From assembly GCA_044892505.1 (NCBI GenBank), contig CM097883.1, positions 293,632,001-293,696,000 of the forward strand: DNA of 64,000 nt, read 5' to 3'. Position numbers and translations under genes: made by a program. This stretch comes from Schmidtea nova. Taxonomy: Eukaryota. Of this stretch, positions 12,013-26,493 are shown in pieces. The notes under the pieces were generated by a model. It saw only the letters and a program-made list of their open reading frames with translations, ran no database searches and had not been told where the DNA came from. Every line of letters starts with the position of its first letter. Positions within the stretch are counted from its first letter, which is position 1.

Positions 12013-15000
12013 GGTGTCACGGACAATAATAAACTTGGATCTCAATAATGCAGACCAATCTCGCATCAAGAGCTACTTAAGACCTAAATCAAGATTAATC
12101 ATTGCTGAACAAGCACAATTTCATTCTATGCTCCAATTACCGGAAGAAAAGGTTAGGGATTTTCAAATTCGATTGAGAAAAGCAGTATAATTCTGTCAAT
12201 TTGAAAAACTGAAAGAATCATTAGATCCGACCGAATACATGATTCGAATGGCATTTATATCCGGTCTATTTGAGCCAACATTCAAGGAACGGGTACTGGA
12301 ACCATTCTCAATAAGTAATGATCTTAGCGTCGAACAAATATTAGACTTGTTGTAAAATTTGGAATAAGTCAAAGGTTTGTGTCATATAACTGACATTTAT
12401 AACTGCATATATAACTGCATTTCCAATCGGCAGTATTGCCAATCCAGGAAATCTTTCCTGTGACATTGTAGACCGTAGATAAATTTCAATTAATTTTAGT
12501 TTTAAAAACGATCGTTCACAATGAGCAAATGTAAAATGGGTACTGCTAAAATTATTCGATATATGATACATACATTTGGATCTAATTCTTCCAAACTTCT
12601 TTCTAAAATGTATTCCAAATTCTCCATAATAGTATAATTATCTTCTAAAATATATTTTTACTAATGGAGAAGTTTTTCCAATGTATTTAATATTTGGGGG
12701 CCCCTCAAAAATAGGGTCCCAGTGTCATTGCACTTGTTGCACATGTCATAGTACGGCGCTGAGTGCACATCAATGAAAAGATAAAATCTGAAGCCTATCC
12801 GATACCCAACATTGAAGTTATATTTGCCAAATTAAAAAATGTAAAGAAATTCGTCAAAATAGATCTTCAGTCCGCATATTGGCAAATCGAGCTGGACGAT
12901 ACAACAAAGGCCCTCTCTACGATCAACACATCAAAGGGTATGTAGTACGTCAATCACCTTCAAATGAGGATGAAGAACTAGACAGGGATTTTTCAAAGAA
13001 AAATGGAAGAAGTATTCCCAGAGATCGAATGCATACTGATATATCAAAATGACATTCTTATATTCGGAAAAAAAACAACCTCGCCTTTAAAATGTTTCGA
13101 GGCAGTAAAACATAGGTTCAAGGAAAAACGAATCACGTTAAACCAAGAAAAATCCGTCGAGTACGCAGAAGAAATTGATCTTTTAGGTTTTTTGTTTCCA
13201 GCAGAGGAATCAAACCTGATCAAAAGTTAGTTAAGAAAATTCAAGATATCGAAATTCCGAGGAATAAGAAAGAGGTCGAATGTTTCGTCGGAATAATCAA
13301 TTATTTTGGACGATTTATACCCAATTTCTCTCAAAAGAAATCAGATATCAAAAGCTTAAAAAAACTGACGCACCATTCCTGTGGTATTCAAAGTGTCAGC
13401 AAGCTTTTGATAACTTAAAGAAACAGTTATCAACATCGCCAATCGTCCAGCCATATGACTTGCACAAAAGAAGTCACACTAACCACAGATGCTTCTGGAG
13501 AGGCAATAAAATCGGTGATTACTCAAAACGGCTTTGCCAAAATTTTTCTATCTCGGACTTTAAAGGTAGCCGCAATCGTACGATTAAAACATTTTCTTTT
13601 GGCAAAAAATTCACAATTCACACTGATCATCGTCCTCTACAGTATCTTTACGGAGCCAAAAATCATTAAGTTGGCCACATACCTGATGCAATTTGATTAC
13701 GACATTCGATATGTGCCCGGCTCATCAATATCCCTTGCTGACGCAATGTCTCATCTTCGTTTTAAAAATATCGAATCGTCCAACGAGCAACTCGAAGCTT
13801 CGGATATCTTGAACACCTACCACGTTCAATTCAACTGTGTGCTGGATCCAAAAGAGGTCCTGTCTGTGTTAAGTCACAATACAGTCATACAGAATGTGAT
13901 GTGTAGAGTAACGTCTGGCAACTGGCAAAATTGTTCCCAGAAGGAGAACGCATTCAAATTAGTCTCAGCTTGCTTAACAATTGAAAATAACATTCTCTAT
14001 TATGGATCATGTCTATTTATTCCAGAACGGTTAAGACAAAAGACATTAAAAAATTTCCACGACGACAGTCATAACACCTACAAGCTACATAACGTCGACT
14101 TCAGCCCTTAGCATGGTGGCCGCGAATGTATATCGACGTAGAAACTAAACTAAATTCGTGTGAAATGTGCTCAAACATCAGGCCGAAGCAAAGCCGTACA
14201 GTTCATACAGGGCCTGAACACAAGCCATTCCAACGCATACACATTGACTGGAAATATTCAAACGAAGTCGGCAATATATTATTCGTTGTTGTCTCAGGCT
14301 CAGGGTAGATTGAATCATTCAATATAACTGACCTCTCATGCAAAACAGTCATAAACTGTTAAAAAAAGAAATATTCACTCGTTTTGGCATACCAGAATGC
14401 ATAGTATCTGAATATGCGCAAGAATTTACGTCAAATGAATTTTTAGCATGGATAGAAAACCAGGGCGCCCGGAAAATAGAATCTCCGCCATATTTTTCGA
14501 TGTCCAATGACCGTGCAGAGAGAGCAGTGCAAACAATTAAAAAAGCAGTAAAGTGTTAGAAACTCAGTCAGTGCCATCTAGAATTCAACGCATTCCTGCA
14601 GAAAATACTATTCTATCACCGAAAAGCGTCAGGTCGGAATGGCAAGTCCCCCATAGAAATGGTATTCGGCAGAGTCATCAGAAGACCTATTCTAGCCATA
14701 TTTCAGCAAGGTGACATTGTCGGCTATCAAACAACACCCAGCTGTTCGGTTTCAACGGGCCAGTATTTTATGCCAAGATGCCACAACACTTCATGGATAC
14801 TTATAGACTCAGACTCGGGTCCCTTGATTAAACTCTCCAATAACAATCAACTATCAACAAAACCTCAGTCGCGCCAGGAAGACAGTGATACTACCGGAAT
14901 GTCTAAGAATGAGATGCAATACGAGAACCTGGAATTACACCTCCAGCAAACTCAGACTCTACCGATACGATCATCAATACACGAGAACAACGAACAAGAC

Positions 15001-15040
15001 GAAAGGCCACTCGATTTGACAATTGGCAGTGAGGGAGAGA
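12013..15040 (+). pseudogene. Frameshifted gag-pol (gag fragment, RT, RNase H, integrase; protease deleted)
   Basis: Gag-like VRDFQIRLRK...MAFISGL; RT KIDLQSAYWQI and YQND; RNase H LTTDASG and HTDHRPL; integrase RIHIDW and AERAVQTIK. Many stops and frameshifts. Confidence 0.9.
12340..12761 (-). mobile_element. hAT transposon fragment inserted in the small Gypsy
   Basis: CERSFLKLKLIEIYLRSTMSQERFPGLAIL matches the hAT C-terminal dimerisation motif; one end begins CAGCGCCGTACTATG at 12761; the other end is lost. Confidence 0.75.
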
Positions 15041-17481
15041 TGACATAATATTGAAAATATTATGCTGTTTAAATATTCACAATAATAAATATAATATTTT
15101 AGAAACACGCTTTTCGACTTTACAACAGTTAAAATAACAATTATTTGGTTCTCATAGAATTAGATCCTGCTATGGTACTGTGGAGACTAATAAAATGAGA
15201 AAAAAATATCGAAGAAATATAATCTGATTTCATAACTGAAATAGAAAAACTGGAGCTAATAATAATATAAATTTTATAATTAAGAAATGTATCTGTGCTG
15301 CGATCCTCTTGTGCTGATTGAATTCCATCTTGATTTGCATTTTGTTTTTCGAATTTCTGCCAGTGCGTTTTTTGTTGATTCTAAATTGTGCCAGTAAAAA
15401 TAGTTCTTATATTTAAATTTTGATTAAATAAATGTGTTGAATTTGTGAAATAAGAACTTTGTTTTAATCACACGAAAACTGCTAATAAAACGGTCGCAAA
15501 GATCTAAAAGGTCCAAATATGAACCAATAATACCTAAGTTAATTAATAAAATTAGATGAAACATATATAAAAACAAAAATAAATTAAATTAAGCTATAAT
15601 CTAGACAAAGAAAAGAAAGATAATATACAGTAAAAATTCAAAAAAAAATAAAGTAATAATTCGGACAAGAACGGCCAAAAATAGAAGGAAAATAACTGGA
15701 AACCATTATGCCTCCCAAAATAGTTGCCAAAATAAGATTGTGAAAGATTTTAATTAAATAGAACAAAAATTAATTAACTGGACCAATAAAAATTCCAGAA
15801 ATCAACAAAAAATAAATAAAGGAAAATGATCGGTGATTAAAACAAAGTCTGTTGACGACATGTGTGTTCGGTAACTCGGATTGGTCAGAATGCCCCACGA
15901 TTTGAGAATTCAGATAAACCAGTCCGCTTACGACAGACATAAAACAATAACATTTTTCAGATTTTTCTGTGGAAAGTGAAAATAAACGTTTTCGAAGTTA
16001 TTCCATCAGAAACTACTTCACTGAGACTTTTACACCTTACACATTTGCTCTTGAGAAAAACTGGAATCTATTATAATCATGCAAATAAAAAACCCTCTTG
16101 GAAACCGAATAATTTGCGTTTAACTCTCAAAGAATCGTACAAAGGTCTAGTCCATCAACATCCTAAGATTTGGGATCCCGGCCGATTACAAGCCGATGGA
16201 ATATATGGGATGGATGCCGAGAAAGGTTACCACCGAATCTATTATGGAACCATTGGTAATCCGATCCAAACTGACTTTACGAAAAAGCTGAGAAGGTACG
16301 TCAGAGTGAAGATCTAGCTGCTAGAGGTGTCTGTAAAGAAACATCCCGAGCCCAGCTCAAATATAATGAGAGCGACGTAGTCAATTTGGACAGAAACCAA
16401 CAAACCGAACTAGACACTTGATGTTTTTCTGTGTAATAGATAATATATGTGAATTGTAAGTATTAAATTTTCATTTCATTATTTTATGGGATCCTTGAAA
16501 ACGGTGTGATAGGGTAGTGCTGAAAATCGGCAGTACACGCGTACAACATTAGTTGTGTATCAGGAAATAACCGAGAAGAGTGGTGACGTATAAAACTAGT
16601 ATGGTATCCACTCGAACTCAAATAATTGATATCTAAATATAACCCTGGTGGGCGAGAGCGAAACGGCATTTCAAACATGTACAAATAGGATTCGAGAAAT
16701 ATAGTTTATTTTGTTCAGAAACTATGAATATAAGAAAAATGTTCAAGATATATACTTGCACCCAAGCTTAGATTGCATGTAAGGAGGAAATGTTTCGAAA
16801 AGTGCAGCAGGAACTGGAGAGCGTGAAAGTGACTTGGTTTCAACCACAAAAGGTATACGTCATCCATATCGAAAGGCAAATAGACTGAGGTTACCCTCAA
16901 AGTAGGCCGAAGGAAGTGCCGACTAAACAAAAGAGCTCACTTGAAATGGCGACAACAACAGAAAGGTGCCGTCTCAAAGACGAATGAAGTGGAGAATTGA
17001 CCTAAACTAGTTGTTATGAATTTTCTGTAAGATAAATATTAATTTGTAATATCTTTTAACGACTTTAACTAATTAGCTATTGGAAAATTTCTTGAACCTA
17101 ATTCTCAAAGAATTGTAAGTCGGTAATGATGAATTCAAGCAGCACTAATGGAACAGCTGAAACAATAGAAGGAAATTGAAATGGAAAAGAATACCAATAA
17201 TATAATCGTCATGTCAAGCGACATTCAATACAAATAGTTAATCGCAGAAATGCTCACAAATGACGAGAACGAAAAATAACAAATCGCGAAACCGATTCTA
17301 AGACAAATATTTCTCCGTCAACAAGTTGTCAATTAATTAATTACTAATAACAATTTTAAATAGTTCACAGTTATTAACCACCTGGATAATTATGTAATTA
17401 AACAATTACATTATTTTATGAATATTAATAGTAACCACTTATAACAGGAGTCATAGCTGTATGTCGATCAAGATTAAGTTG

Positions 17482-17485
<4 letters not shown>

Positions 17486-17522
<37 letters not shown>
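17486..17522. repeat. (TA)n microsatellite
   Basis: Pure TA run. Confidence 0.95.
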
Positions 17523-17525
<3 letters not shown>

Positions 17526-18186
17526 TTTTAAGTTGTATTAATTTGTCTGTTAAACATAAAAATGAAAACTTCAGTAAGTATTTTTTATTAAGTTAAGAAA
17601 TTTATTAATATCAAAATATTATTATAATAATATTAAATTTCTGTTTTAAATAGTACAATATAATTCAAGTTTTGTAGATGATAATAGATTTATTTACGTT
17701 TCATTTGGTTTGATATGCAATAAACAGATTGTTGACCGACAATATTACACAGAAACTATCTCATGTCACCAGCTATTATTTCGCAACTAAACTATTTAAA
17801 TAAACTTTTATGTAAATTATTTTGAACATTTTTATTATACAACTTCTAATAATAAAGCTTTCACAATATTCTCTTACTGAGTTTTAAAAATTGATCAGCT
17901 ACTGCAAGTGCAAACACAATCAACTCGTAACCGTTCGAAAATGTTTAAATGTGGTAATTTCGCAGTTTGAAAGTTTTATTTCAATATTTAAAACAAAATT
18001 TCGGTATAGATTTTTAAAAAATATTTATGAAACCAATTTTGAGTTTAGCGTCGGTCTTCGAGCTTCCCAAAAATAAAAGTTTTCATTTTTTCAAATCAAA
18101 AATAATTTAAATAAATTCACAAAAATAGTACTAAAAGTAATAAAAACAAATTTTATACCTCCAAAAATTTAAAATTATCTATTCTT

Positions 18187-18317
18187 NNNNNNNNNNNNNN
18201 NNNNNNNNNNNNNNNNNNNNNNNNNNNNNNNNNNNNNNNNNNNNNNNNNNNNNNNNNNNNNNNNNNNNNNNNNNNNNNNNNNNNNNNNNNNNNNNNNNNN
18301 NNNNNNNNNNNNNNNNN
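18187..18317. other. Assembly gap (N run)
   Basis: N characters. Confidence 1.
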
Positions 18318-21300
18318 CTGTATTCAATATGACGTGGTCTCTGATTGGAATGTTTATTTATTATTTCGGGCTGATGGCTGCTATGCTCTTTTTTATTAGA
18401 TATGTTATTTGATAGTAGAGTAAAATGATAGACTTCGGAAATATTCCAAATATTTATGATATTAAATGGTACAGATCTACACTTCAGAAGTGATCTGTAA
18501 CATGATTAACTTTTTATAAATAAAAAATATTCCAAACAAAAGATTATCAAGTAAGAAACTATTTTTACAAACAAACTAACGGTATACTGGTATTTTTTGA
18601 CACTGTCAATTCAAATATACACGAATTCGTAACTTACCTTGTAAATAATTGGAGTAAACTATGAATATTTTATGACTATCTCAAAATTATTTTTTACAGT
18701 AACATTTTAATGTAAAATTGTTCAATGTAAGCATACTTCTCTATTTTACAAACTTTTATTTAACTTCGCATGTTTTTCAGTTAGGGCAAGATTTTGTAAT
18801 TAAATTTTGACTCAACCGAAAAACGATGGGACAAAGTGCATGCTATTCACACGAATTCTATGATATAAATTAAAGTTCTTTTATTTTTATTTAATGGGTA
18901 TTAATTTTATCAAATTAAAATTTACACAGATTATAATAAAATTTTTTTTATCATTTAATCAAAATCAAAACAATCAATTAAAAATAAAAAATGTATTATT
19001 CAAAATTCTGCTCTACTATCATTGTATGACATATTTTTTATGTCAAATAGTTTTTATCATTTTTAATTCGGATAACAACCTTTCTACTTATTGCTTTTTT
19101 CAACATTCTTCCTTTTAAATTCTGCTTCCGAATTTAATTCATTTGAAAAACTTTTAACATAATTATACAAAAAACTTGTATTTCTTTTATATAAATATAT
19201 TATTAATAATTAATCTGTTAATTAGAATTAATTTAAATCATTTTTCATTATTTTTATCGTTAGTTTCAATCATAATTTACCCTTTAAACTTGTAACTTGA
19301 AATTTTCATTTGAAACTTATTTTCAGGTTATTTACTTAAAATTAAAAAAAAATCATTGTTTATCATTTTAGGCATTTTAATCATGACTTGAATTTCATGT
19401 TTTTTTTGAATTAAAATTTTTAGGCTTTTCTCTTATAAATTTGTTTTTATGCTTCTTTAATGTTGACTTGCTTTTTAAAACTTTTTCAATTTTTCATTTA
19501 TTTAAATTAATTTCTCATTCTCTATGATATTCTTTTTAATTTTAATTTACATTTTGTACTTTAGAGAATTGTGGGAGTGCGCATTTTACATTAGTATTTG
19601 AAGGAAATCTGAGAGCTGGTCATTTATGTTTAATAATTGTCATGTTTGAATCTTTTGTGATTTCAGATAGTCGATTTATTTACTTAATAACTTATAGTTT
19701 TTAGGATTTTCGAGTGTCGACACTTTCACATGCAATTTTGACGGGGGAGAGTAACTTTTACTGATTATTTTGACTTTATTGTTGCTTGTATGTTTGAGAT
19801 TTAACCGGTGATTTTGTTTTCCATTTAGTAATTGCGGGAGTCAAGACTATTTACATTTGTTGGAAGAGAGCAGTTTTTCATGTATTCTTGTTTGTAATTC
19901 AATTTTTAATAGGTTATCCTTGAAAAAATATTTTCGAGTCATTTTGAATTTTTGGAAATTGTGAGAGTCGAAACTTTTTACATGGCAATTTGTCCATGGT
20001 GAACTTACTTTTAAAATACTCCATGTTTTTCTAATTTACTGAAAAACCTTTGAAAAAATTAATAAATTAAAAAGGTTTTGAAAGAACTTTCAAAAATAAA
20101 ATAAATTTAAATAAAATTAAAAAATTTCAGCATAACATCACCAAGTATACAATATAAAGTGTTATATATCCAATTACAAAATCAATTAACAAAGCATAAA
20201 ATATTACCAAAATTTTTTAACACCCTCCTCCCTAAAATATTTTTTTAGTGGTTGGGAGGTAAACTGTATAATTATTACATAATTTATACAATCTAGGTCT
20301 GTGTCAGTACGCTCACTTCCCCTACTGTCAATATTATTTTATTCTGACTTTGGTGATACAGGTACGTGACAGTTTATTTTCAGTTGGTACAATGATCTAA
20401 ATATTCTTTCATTTCGGACCAAATTTTTGAACAAGTTCCGTTTATTCAAAAATTGTTTCCATTTTCCGGTTTGTTTGGAAATTCAAAAAATGTACTCTGA
20501 GTGCTGAATTTTGCTTCGCTTAATCTAATATCCTCTCGGATTTTCATTTTCGGTTGAAAATAATTTCTGACTCCTCGTGTTCTTATTTAAAATTATTCAG
20601 AATTACCCAACACAATAACTTCTATTTAATCTAGAATACATTTTACACTTGTCAATAACAGTTTTTTGTTTGCACTTTTTGTTGCGATAGGGTAAATGTC
20701 TTAATGGGAAATGACCTTTCTGGTGTGTAGATTTGATTTATTCGCTGATAATATCACACTCTACTTTTTATCTTTTCTTATTTTGAAATTTTTGAATATC
20801 TCTTCGACTAACTGGCGAAGTTACTAGTTAATAAACTCCTTTTATAATGTTTTTCTAATTGTATTTTTTTACGAATTAAATTTATTTGTTGGCAGGCGTC
20901 TCTCATGGTCATGTAATTCTGTGCGTTTCATACTTTCAGATACTTTATCTAAATAAATTATTTTATTAAATTTCAGGTTATCCCGACAACTCGGTTTCTC
21001 AACTAATTTACCTGATCCAATTGAATCAATTTATTGACAATTCAGGTTCGCCATGCATTTAGGGCTTTCCTTTTTTCTTGGAGTTTCAACACAAATAATT
21101 TGTTTGGTGTATTTGAATCAATTTATTGATAACCCGTTTTTCTAACACTGTTTAGGTTTTCCATTACGTTATAATTTTATTTTATTTTAATATTAATTTC
21201 TGGGAACCTCCCTTGATTTTAAACTATCATATTTGGATTTGTTTCATCATTTGACATCTGCTCATACTAGTTTCCCCCGCTAAATTATTTTTTAATTTTC

Positions 21301-22355
21301 CGAATCTTTAAATTAATTTTGTATTTAAATTATTACTTTTTGATTTTTTTTGTTTTTATTGATTTGCACTTAGGTTTTGTTTTTTTATCTTTTTTCGTGC
21401 CTGTTTAGACAAATCCCAACAATACGTTAGGTTAGGCGCTTTTCAATAGTAGTATATTGTCATTAAAATCTATTATTTTCATCATTGATTCTTTCGTTTC
21501 TATTTCAAAGATCTTTATTATTTTTAAAAGTCTATAGATTAATATTTTTATGCAGTAATACGAATTCTATTTTATAACAAAGTCAATAGAATAAAATCTT
21601 TAAAAAAATGAAAATTTCTGAAATTGTATTTGGCTTAAATTAATTTTTCATGTTGTATACCGACGGTGTTTTCTAGAATGATACTGTTCACAGTTCTGGA
21701 TAACTTGCACATTATTGATGGTCATAATTTGATAATTTGAATGTTTTATAAACTAAAACTGAAATATATTTAATCATTGGATCTTTTTGAACATAATGAT
21801 GTCAAATGTACAAAATTACTTATATTTTTAACAATAATTTATTTATCTTCCAGTAAAAAAGCATCTTTCATTCTTGGGTCTAGCCATTCGGCAGCGGCGT
21901 AAAAATATTTTACTGAAAAATATTAATTAGTAGATTCTTCTTTTGGAAAACTAATGTTCTTTATTTTAATTATTATTAACAATTTTATTATTTTCCTACA
22001 CTAAATCTTCATCTGTGTGTAAAGATATAAATAAAATATTTAACTGTGTCTTTCTTCAAGAATTTCATCAAAATTTTGCTTTCCACAAATATCTCTTCAT
22101 TTTTCTTTTATGCTTTTGCAAGAACTTAAAATCTGAATTGAACTTAAAATCAGTGGTATGTAACTCTTTATTTATTTGTTTTAACAAAAGATTATTAGTT
22201 TTCATGTAATATTTGATTGTTTTTTTTAAATGAATACTAGTGAAATACACGTAATTATGAATTGAGTATAAACTAAGTAATAATGCTATAACATTAATAA
22301 ATAACGATAACTAGAGAAAAAGTATTCAAAAAAGTAGACAATCCACACGCACACG

Positions 22356-22358
<3 letters not shown>

Positions 22359-22397
<39 letters not shown>
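22359..22397. repeat. (TA)n microsatellite
   Basis: Pure TA run. Confidence 0.95.
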
Positions 22398-22398
<1 letters not shown>

Positions 22399-22572
22399 TA
22401 CACGTGTGTCTACCGCACAATATATAATAAACAATTATAAACAATCTGATGACTCATACATTCAAGATTAATCAAGCAAACAAGCAAGCATTCATATACA
22501 ACAACTATGCTGGATTATGTAATACAAAATACGGCTCATGGCAATCAAATATCCTATTAAAATTACATCACA

Positions 22573-25500
22573 TCTTTCTCGTTTTAAATGCTGTAGCCGT
22601 TCTACATTTCTATTGACAAATTTACCATCAACATTCCTTAACAAATCCTTTTTTTGTGAACCCCTTCCATTATTTCAAAAAGTCTTCAATATTTATCATC
22701 TTAGTTATTTCTGATATTTTCCTTTACAAGTACTGATTACTCAACACTGAACAATTTATGAATTATATTTTTTTATGATTATTATCGATATGATTCATTG
22801 ATTTATTATTAACTATTATTTCACTTTTTCTTGATTCTTTAGTGTAAATCGGTCTTTGCACAATTTTCTTGCGTAAACTACTTCAGCTAGAAAGACTTTC
22901 ATACTTGATTGAATTATTGAATTCAATACAAACTCTATGTAAAGCAGCACTTCTTCACACGTCTTAAATTGTTCCGCTTTCAAACAACAGGAAATCCAGT
23001 TTTTCAGTGTTCGAAATTGTTTTTCAATTTGTCCATTTGATTGATAAGGACTTGAAAAAACTATCTTCATCTGATATTTTAATGAATATTCCTAAAAGTG
23101 TTCGAATCGAAACATTTCCCTTTTTCAAATTGAACTTCTTTCGGTGGCCCAAATCTCAATATCCATGAACTTAGTACATTATCTAGTATTGGTTTTTTAT
23201 CCTGTGCCCTTACAGCTTTTAATCTTATGTATTTTCTAAAATGATCGATTATAGATATTACATATTTTTTCCCAAATGGCGTTATTTTAAATGGACCACA
23301 AAAATCAACAAATATATTTTCAAATTGTTCTCTAGCATTCAACCTTTCAATAAATCCTTTTGTTTAACAAGTGAATATTTTTGACAAATTTTAAAAGTTT
23401 CTTCATGTTTTTAATACATTTTGAACACTCTTTTAAAACACTGAAATAATAATAATATTTGTTATTTTTATCAGTCATAATATCTCGTGTTACTTTTCTC
23501 ACTTTCATCTTTTAATAAAGTTAATTTATTTGAATCACTTTAGAGTTTAAAAGTCTTTTCTTCTGTTGATATTGCTAATATTTTAGTTTTAATTTTCTCT
23601 GCATTATCATTTATATGATTCATTTGACATTGTGTACAATTTTTAGTATTCAGTCGGGATAGAACATCTGCATTATTATGCTTCTCATTTTTGTGATATT
23701 CTAATTTCATATCCAAACTACAAGGTGGTCGCTAGAAAAGCGGAAAATTTGTCAAACAGCTATTTATTTTTACAAAGAATAACTTTTACAAAGTTTTTAA
23801 AGGCATATGTTATATTGCATTCATAGATGATCAAAACGTCCATGGACTTCAGAGTAGCGCCTTAACCTAGAAATCCAAGCTCGTGTAGCGTTTGAAGGGT
23901 AACTTGTGAGATATCGTTCCAAGCTCTTCTCAAGCTCGTTTTCAAATCATCAATAGAGTTTTTATCACTTCGACAATTCGGAAGCTCTGTTAATAACAAG
24001 CTCCAAACGCAGTAATCCATGATAATTTAAGTCTGGACTTTTGGAGGGCCAATCTTCCGGTTCAATGAAATTAGGAGTAGATTGCTGAAGAAATGGAAAT
24101 GATGCAGTTGCTGTGTAAGACCTGGCCCCATCCTGCTGCCATGTTTATATTTGGTCGTCTATTACATTTCATATATCGCTGAACATCTGTGGACACATCT
24201 CTTCACAATAAATTTGTTGGTTTATTGTTTTTTTCTCACTGCCTTCAGGACTTTGATAATATCCTTCAACAAATCGAAGCTCCGTTTTGCCATATCATGA
24301 AACTGCAGCATAACAAAGAACAAATGGCTGCAAATTGTCATATTTTACAAGCAGATCTTCCTCAGGTTTGTCAGTTTTTCACGCACTTCTCGGTAAATGC
24401 GATCATTTTGTGTATTCAAAGGTGGTGACAATGAAAACCATATCTCACAAGTTACCCTTCAAAACGCTATACGAGCTTGGATTTCTAGGTTAAGACGCTG
24501 CTTTGAAGTACACGGACGACATTTTGAGCATCTATGAGTGTAACATAACATATGCCTTTAAAAGACTGTAAAAGTTATTCTTTATTAAAATAAATAGCTG
24601 TTTGACAAAATTTCCGCTTTTCTAGTGATCACCCTGTACTTAACATAGACACATTTTAATGTTAGAAGCTCCTTTCTCTGTTACACATACGATTGGTAAA
24701 TTTCATGGTGATACAAATTTCTCAATTATTTAATTTACTTCAAATTTTAAAGAAGTTTTCTAACTTTTTTTCATAGTGCATTGGTTGTCGCCGAGGTTTA
24801 ATTGGTATTGAGTAACAACTTTTGGCTATTCTGTGTTTTAATATATCTGTTTTGCCTATGCCCCATTTATAACAGACAAAAATATTTAAAATTTCAATAA
24901 CGATTTCATATGCAGGATTATAACTTTCAATTTTTATTGTTCTATCAAAATTTTTATTATCTTTCTTTATATTATTTCTAAGTTTTGCCTGCAAATTGAG
25001 GAAATTATCATTTCTAAACTCAACTAAATTAATATTTAATTCATTTAATAAAACTCTTCCTTTAATTACTACTGGATATATTTCCTTACCAATAAAACAT
25101 TTCCTAATTATTTTTTATGATTAAATTCTATTTGTAAAGAAGTTTTCCCTTAAATTCCTAACGTGCTACCTTTGGCACATGATATTTAATATTTCCTTAA
25201 TCAATTTAGATGAACTTCGTGGCCAAAACTACTCACTGCATGCTCCTTTTGTGTTTATGGCTGCCAATATAAAGTCTTGCTAATATAATTTCTTTTTAAA
25301 ATTCCTACAAAAAGATTCTATAGTTTTATCTTGTTCCCCAGCTTTACTCAATCCGTAAAATTATATTTACTAAACTGTTTAGAATACAAAAACCCGATGC
25401 GTGTAAAATTTCTTATTCAAATCTGCAAAAACACAATTCCGCCTCCTTTTGAGAGAGAAAGACAAAGGCTCTATACAATACCGTAACATGTTAATGACAT

Positions 25501-25800
25501 ATGGACAAAAAATTGGAGTCCATGGCAATAAAGTTATAGAAAAAGAAAATGCCCCTTCACTTTTCAAGCCCCAAATTATTCTGTCCTTAATAAAATATAA
25601 ATGATTTTACATGAATGGGACCATTAAACTTGGCAGATATGTGGATAAAACATGACCTAAGTTTCCACCTAGCTGAACCCAAGAAATTTATCTGACTCGG
25701 AATCATCGGAATCATAGCATTGTAAAAGAAAATAACTTTAAACTATTTATTCCAAAACTAATCTTCCAATTACCATTACACAAAATAAAACAAATACTTG
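22573..25800 (-). pseudogene. Heavily decayed Ty3/Gypsy gag-pol remnant, interrupted by a Tc1/mariner element
   Basis: Integrase FVDFCGPF...KYVISIIDHF and SSPYQSNGQIEKQFRTLK; RT N-terminal GKTDILKHRI...IKPRRQP; degenerate knuckle GNLGHV near 25650; purine tract at 22573-22580. Confidence 0.8.
23721..24636 (-). mobile_element. Non-autonomous Tc1/mariner (maT/DD37D-like) element with ~200-bp inverted arms
   Basis: TA TSD (23719-20, 24637-38), TIR CA(A/G)GGTG.TC.CTAGAAAAGCGGAAA, transposase remnants PPLNTQNDRIY, WQQDGA and WPSKSPDLN.MDY. Confidence 0.9.
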
Positions 25801-26098
25801 ATTTTTCTTTGCAGAGTTCTACATAATATTGGCGGTAGGTTGCAAAATAATATCGCTCTTATTAACAGGATAAGCGACTGACTAACAAATTTCCATGTGT
25901 AAGGCAATTCCGATAGCAGTACAATTATAAAATTGTATTTCATGGTTAAAACACAAAAAGAAATATTGAAAATATAAAAAAAATAATATAATTACATAAT
26001 TTTACACTGAAAGACGTTGAATAAATTTTAAGTGTAATAGTTTAATTAAATTTAATATAGATTATACACTTCCAGTCGAATCAAATGGATACAATAAT

Positions 26099-26493
26099 CA
26101 GTGGCGTACCTACGGTAAATGGGGCCTATGGCAAACACCGATCTTGCGCCCCTCCCCGTCGATAGGTTACTTACGTTTTATTTTCTAAAAATCTACTTTA
26201 GAATTGGGTAAAAAAGAACACAACACACGCTACTATTCTGCATGTCTTTTTTCAAATACAAAATCACATTTGTAGAGAGAAAGAGAGCTAGAGGCATAGA
26301 GAACATGGACAAACAAATGAAAAACGAATGCGTGCTTTTTCTTACGCAGTTTTTTAATACTTATATTTATATATGTATATAAAATATTTTTTTATTTTCA
26401 TTTGCGTATTTATACGTTAGGCGCTTTTTCGCGCTTCCTTCAGTTGGTGCCCATGGCACGTGCCATGCCTGCCATTCCATAGTTACGCCTCTG
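26099..26493. mobile_element. hAT-type MITE (395 bp)
   Basis: TIR CAGTGGCGTACCTACGG / CAGAGGCGTAACTATGG and a perfect 8-bp TSD ACAATAAT (26091-98, 26494-501). Confidence 0.9.

Larger units (their letters stand above)
11933..15127 (+). mobile_element. Small decayed Ty3/Gypsy element (Mag-like) with 78/87-bp LTRs
   Basis: LTRs 11933-12010 and 15041-15127 (TG...CA), 5-bp TSD GTTAA (11928-32, 15128-32), TGGTGTCA PBS start at 12012, PPT GAGGGAGAGA at 15031-15040. Confidence 0.9.

Noticed and set aside
15976-16930. 113-aa ORF and neighbouring ORFs
   Set aside because: Non-ATG or short, with no recognisable motif; probably decayed TE sequence that I cannot assign.
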